From a virus, in IMG/VR virus record IMGVR_UViG_3300045988_001885, positions 1 to 6,121 of that record: 6,121 nucleotides of DNA; one strand, given 5' to 3'. Each line of letters begins with the position of its first letter. Positions within the stretch are counted from its first letter, which is position 1. Positions 3,608-6,121 of the stretch are shown here, in pieces. Made by a program: the position numbers and the translations under genes. The notes beneath the pieces were generated by a model that saw only the letters and a program-made list of their open reading frames with translations, did no database searches and was not told where the DNA came from.

Positions 3608-5287
3608 ATGAAATTTTCTCCCGATTTGCTGAAGGCTGCTGATCATTGTCAGTATCGTTCGTTTATTACTAATCGTTACACTGGTGCACGCATTGCCGTG
3701 GATTGTGGTCAATGCGATTATTGTATCCATAAGCGTGCTAAAAAAGCGTCCATGCGTGTGAAGACCGCTGGAAGTGCTTTCAAGTATTCTTATTTTGTAA
3801 CTCTTACTTATGATAATGTTCATATTCCTCTTATGAATTGTAAGGTTCTCCACAGTGAATATGAGGATGTTGTAGGCATTTCGGGAGATATTCATTTTGG
3901 TGATGAATATCATAAATATATCCCTGTTTCTGAGTATCAATGTGATGATATCTCCATGTTGCGTCATATTTTTTTCGAACAAGTACAGGGTACTGTTCCG
4001 TATGACCGCGAAATTAAGGAATATGTTCCTGTTAAGGACAATTGGTTTCTTAGTATGGATGCTATTCGTAGTTTTATCACTAAGACGCAAGCCGTTGAAA
4101 AAACGGATTATCCCGTTTCTTCGCAATACGGTCGTGATAATCTTATTCCCTTCCTGAACTATGTTGATGTTCAGAATTATATTAAGCGCTTACGTAAACA
4201 TTTATTCCAACAATTAGGTTCTTATGAAACGTTACATTTCTACGCTGTGGGTGAGTACGGACCCGTGCATTTCCGCCCGCATTATCATCTCTTATTATTC
4301 ACAAACTCGGACAAAGTCGCCCAAGTTTTACGATACTGTCACGATAAGAGTTGGAAACTCGGTCGTTCAGATTTCCAACGTTCCGCTGGTGGAGCTGGTT
4401 CGTACGTTGCGAGTTACGTTAATAGCTTGTGCTCTGCTCCCCTCTTATATCGCTCATGCCACGCGTTTAAGCCTAGGTCGCGAGCATCTGTTGGATTCTT
4501 TGAGAAAGGTTGCGATTTCGTTGAAAGTGAAGACCCTTATGCGCAAATTGAGCAAAAAATCGATTCTGTCGTTAACGGAAGTGTCTATAACTTCAACGGC
4601 GTCAGTGTTCGGTCCACTCCACCCATGTCGTATATCCGTACCTTATTGCCCCGATTCTCGTCTGCTCGCAATGACGATGTTACTGCGATTACTCGAATTC
4701 TTTGCGCTGTTCACCGAACGCCACAGAGAATTGCGAGATTCGGATTCGTTGATTACAAGCAAGACTCAGTTTTGAGTCTTGTTCGGATCTATTATCAATA
4801 TCTTAAGGCTAACTCTATTCTTACTGATGATGACAAGATTATATTACATGCTTCTCGGTGTCTTACTAGGTTCTGCAATAGTTCTAGCGATGTCGATATT
4901 GAATCTTATATTAATAAGTTATATCGGCTGTTCCTATATGTCTATAAATTCTTCCGTAACTGGCATCTGCCTGACTTCGGTTCTGATGTTAGTGCTTATT
5001 CCGGTCGTATTATGTTTATCATTAAAACAGGTATAGAATATGAAAAGAAAAAGGATTATGAAAGTTTACGAGATTCATTCGACTTACGCTCTGCCAACCC
5101 AAACATTTCTGATTGTGTGTTTTCGCTGCCTCAGAACGGGTGCGAAACGGATGTCTTGTCCGATGTTTCGCGCGAGACGGTATTACTCCTTGAGCAACTC
5201 AGGTACCGTAGTTCGGCATTCTGTCGTAATATGATTAAACATAAGGCTCTTAATGATGCTAATAATATATTCAATCGTATGGTTTAA
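3608..5287 (+). CDS. VP4: Microviridae replication initiation protein (VP4 / phiX174 A-like HUH rolling-circle endonuclease), 559 aa.
   Basis: The N-terminus has a Cys cluster (CGQCDYCIHKR). RCR motif I is FVTLTYD (3794-3814). The motif II HUH is PHYHLLLF (HYH at 4280-4288). Motif III with two tyrosines is YVASYVNS (4403-4426); compare phiX174 A protein YVAKYVNK. The ATG lies 2 nt after the peptidase stop. Confidence 0.92.
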   Translation: MKFSPDLLKAADHCQYRSFITNRYTGARIAVDCGQCDYCIHKRAKKASMRVKTAGSAFKYSYFVTLTYDNVHIPLMNCKVLHSEYEDVVGISGDIHFGDEYHKYIPVSEYQCDDISMLRHIFFEQVQGTVPYDREIKEYVPVKDNWFLSMDAIRSFITKTQAVEKTDYPVSSQYGRDNLIPFLNYVDVQNYIKRLRKHLFQQLGSYETLHFYAVGEYGPVHFRPHYHLLLFTNSDKVAQVLRYCHDKSWKLGRSDFQRSAGGAGSYVASYVNSLCSAPLLYRSCHAFKPRSRASVGFFEKGCDFVESEDPYAQIEQKIDSVVNGSVYNFNGVSVRSTPPMSYIRTLLPRFSSARNDDVTAITRILCAVHRTPQRIARFGFVDYKQDSVLSLVRIYYQYLKANSILTDDDKIILHASRCLTRFCNSSSDVDIESYINKLYRLFLYVYKFFRNWHLPDFGSDVSAYSGRIMFIIKTGIEYEKKKDYESLRDSFDLRSANPNISDCVFSLPQNGCETDVLSDVSRETVLLLEQLRYRSSAFCRNMIKHKALNDANNIFNRMV

Positions 5288-5306
5288 TTTTTAATTTTAA
5301 TTAATT

Positions 5307-6121
5307 ATGAGTGATTTTAATCCCTTAGACCGAGCTAAGATTCCTACCCATCGGTCTTCCTTCGACTTAAGTTCGAAAAAGTTATTCACTGCTAAGGTTG
5401 GTGAAATCTTGCCATGCTATTGGCAGATTGCTATTCCTGATACTAAGTATCGTATTTCTTCGGATTGGTTTACTCGTACTGTTCCGGTAAATACTGCTGC
5501 TTATACCCGTATTAAGGAGTATTATGATTTTTATGCTGTGCCGTTACGTCTGATTTCCCGTGCGCTTCCGCAGGCGTTTACTCAGATGACTGATTATATG
5601 ACTAGTGCATCTAGTTCTACTACGAACTCGTCTGCGCTTACTTCTGTTCCTAATGTTTCTTTGAATGCTTTAAATATGTTTTTGCAGACGGCTAACGCTG
5701 GAGACCAATCTAACACTCGTGATGACGCAGGCCTCCCTATTGTTTATGGTTCTTGTAAGTTGCTTGATTTGCTTGGTTACGGTTCTATGATTGATTCTAA
5801 AAATAGTGGTAAGGCTTCTATTACGCAAAAGTATCTAGGTGTTGATGGCCTTGGTGATGCTGACAACCCTTTGGTTTATCAGACTTCACAGACTGTCAAT
5901 GCTCTTCCGTTCCTTGCTTATCAGAAGATTTATTATGATTTCTTCAGCAATAGCCAATGGGAAAAGCACACAGCCTACGCCTATAATGTAGACTATTGGT
6001 CCGGAACTGGTCAAATTGGATTGGTTACTGATATGATCCAACTTCGCTATGCTAACTATCCGAAAGACTATTTCATGGGTATGTTGCCTAATTCCCAGTA
6101 TGGTTCGGTAGCTGTTTTGCC
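5307..6121 (+). CDS. VP1: Microviridae major capsid protein (VP1), N-terminal part. It runs off the window end and continues at base 1. Bases 6067-6121 duplicate 1-55.
   Basis: The ATG at 5307 lies 19 nt after the VP4 stop, and the frame stays open to the window end. The N-terminus MSDFNPLDRAKIPTHRSSFDLSSKKLFTAKVGEILPCYWQIAIPDTKYRISSDWFTRTVPVNTAAYTRIKEYYDFYAVPLRLI fits the Microviridae VP1 pattern: FDLS, then T...G.L.P, then P-D, then R..P, then Y-F-VP-R. Confidence 0.9.
   Translation, partial: MSDFNPLDRAKIPTHRSSFDLSSKKLFTAKVGEILPCYWQIAIPDTKYRISSDWFTRTVPVNTAAYTRIKEYYDFYAVPLRLISRALPQAFTQMTDYMTSASSSTTNSSALTSVPNVSLNALNMFLQTANAGDQSNTRDDAGLPIVYGSCKLLDLLGYGSMIDSKNSGKASITQKYLGVDGLGDADNPLVYQTSQTVNALPFLAYQKIYYDFFSNSQWEKHTAYAYNVDYWSGTGQIGLVTDMIQLRYANYPKDYFMGMLPNSQYGSVAVL
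6067..6121. repeat. Terminal redundancy, copy 2 (identical to 1-55); an assembly or linearisation overlap of a circular genome.
   Basis: Exact 55/55 identity with the window start. Confidence 0.95.

Noticed and set aside
303-4126. Minus-strand ORFs 303-890 (195 aa), 1140-1403, 2324-2593, 3273-3515 and 3581-4126 (181 aa).
   Set aside because: They are antisense to well-supported genes. Their composition is low-complexity (Ser/Ile/Asn/Arg-rich) and mirrors the sense-strand bias. They have no recognisable motifs, and Microviridae transcribe one strand only.
4224-4775. 183-aa basic ORF overprinted on the catalytic part of VP4. It is tempting as a missing J/B-like protein, by analogy with gene B inside gene A of phiX174.
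   Set aside because: It lies in the same artefact-prone relative frame as all the other alternative ORFs. That frame stays almost stop-free for about 1 kb (4224-5234, only two internal stops), as codon composition alone predicts. It has no start-context or motif support. It could only be rescued by excess synonymous-site conservation in VP4 alignments, which I cannot compute.
73-5234. Series of + strand Leu-rich alternative-frame ORFs from the track (73-279, 1210-1461, 1503-1685, 1899-2138, 2953-3216 portion, 3897-4157, 4779-5036, 5040-5234) that could be overprinted genes, as in phiX174.
   Set aside because: Each one starts at codon position 2 of the annotated gene it overlaps; I checked every start modulo 3. 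A stop in that frame needs T at position 2 and A or G at position 3 of the host codon, which is rare because the real genes use T/C-ending codons. Placing T at the second position of the shifted frame yields Leu/Phe/Ile/Val-rich pseudo-proteins. This is a systematic compositional artefact, not evidence of coding.

Overview
The window is a complete, circularly permuted genome of a small ssDNA phage of the family Microviridae. Bases 1-55 are identical to 6067-6121, giving a unit length of 6066 nt. All convincing genes are on the + strand. In order they are: major capsid protein VP1 (584 aa, wraps the junction as join 5307..6066,1..995); a 147-aa acidic protein (possible scaffold); DNA pilot protein VP2 (380 aa); a 442-nt non-coding region; a 64-aa orphan; a 27-aa single-TM peptide; a 102-aa Peptidase_M15-like zinc peptidoglycan peptidase; and a 559-aa HUH rolling-circle replication initiator VP4. 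The cyclic gene order VP1-VP2-VP4, the ~6.1 kb size and a Bacteroidota-type promoter (TTTG-N19-TAnnTTTG) suggest an Alpavirinae-like phage of a Bacteroidota host; this is inference with no database search. Two things stand out. (1) The non-coding region 2591-2940 differs in composition from the T-rich coding sequence: about 50% GC by hand count, followed by a strongly G-depleted tract. It holds at least seven nearly contiguous hairpins or palindromes whose G-T wobbles fit only the + sense. It may be a structured ncRNA or 3' UTR, a complementary-strand origin, or a recombination site. (2) A small TM peptide is start/stop-coupled to an M15 peptidase, which looks like a holin/endolysin-type module in a family better known for single-gene lysis. 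Function calls rest on motifs I recognise by eye. No homology search, covariance model or folding calculation was possible.
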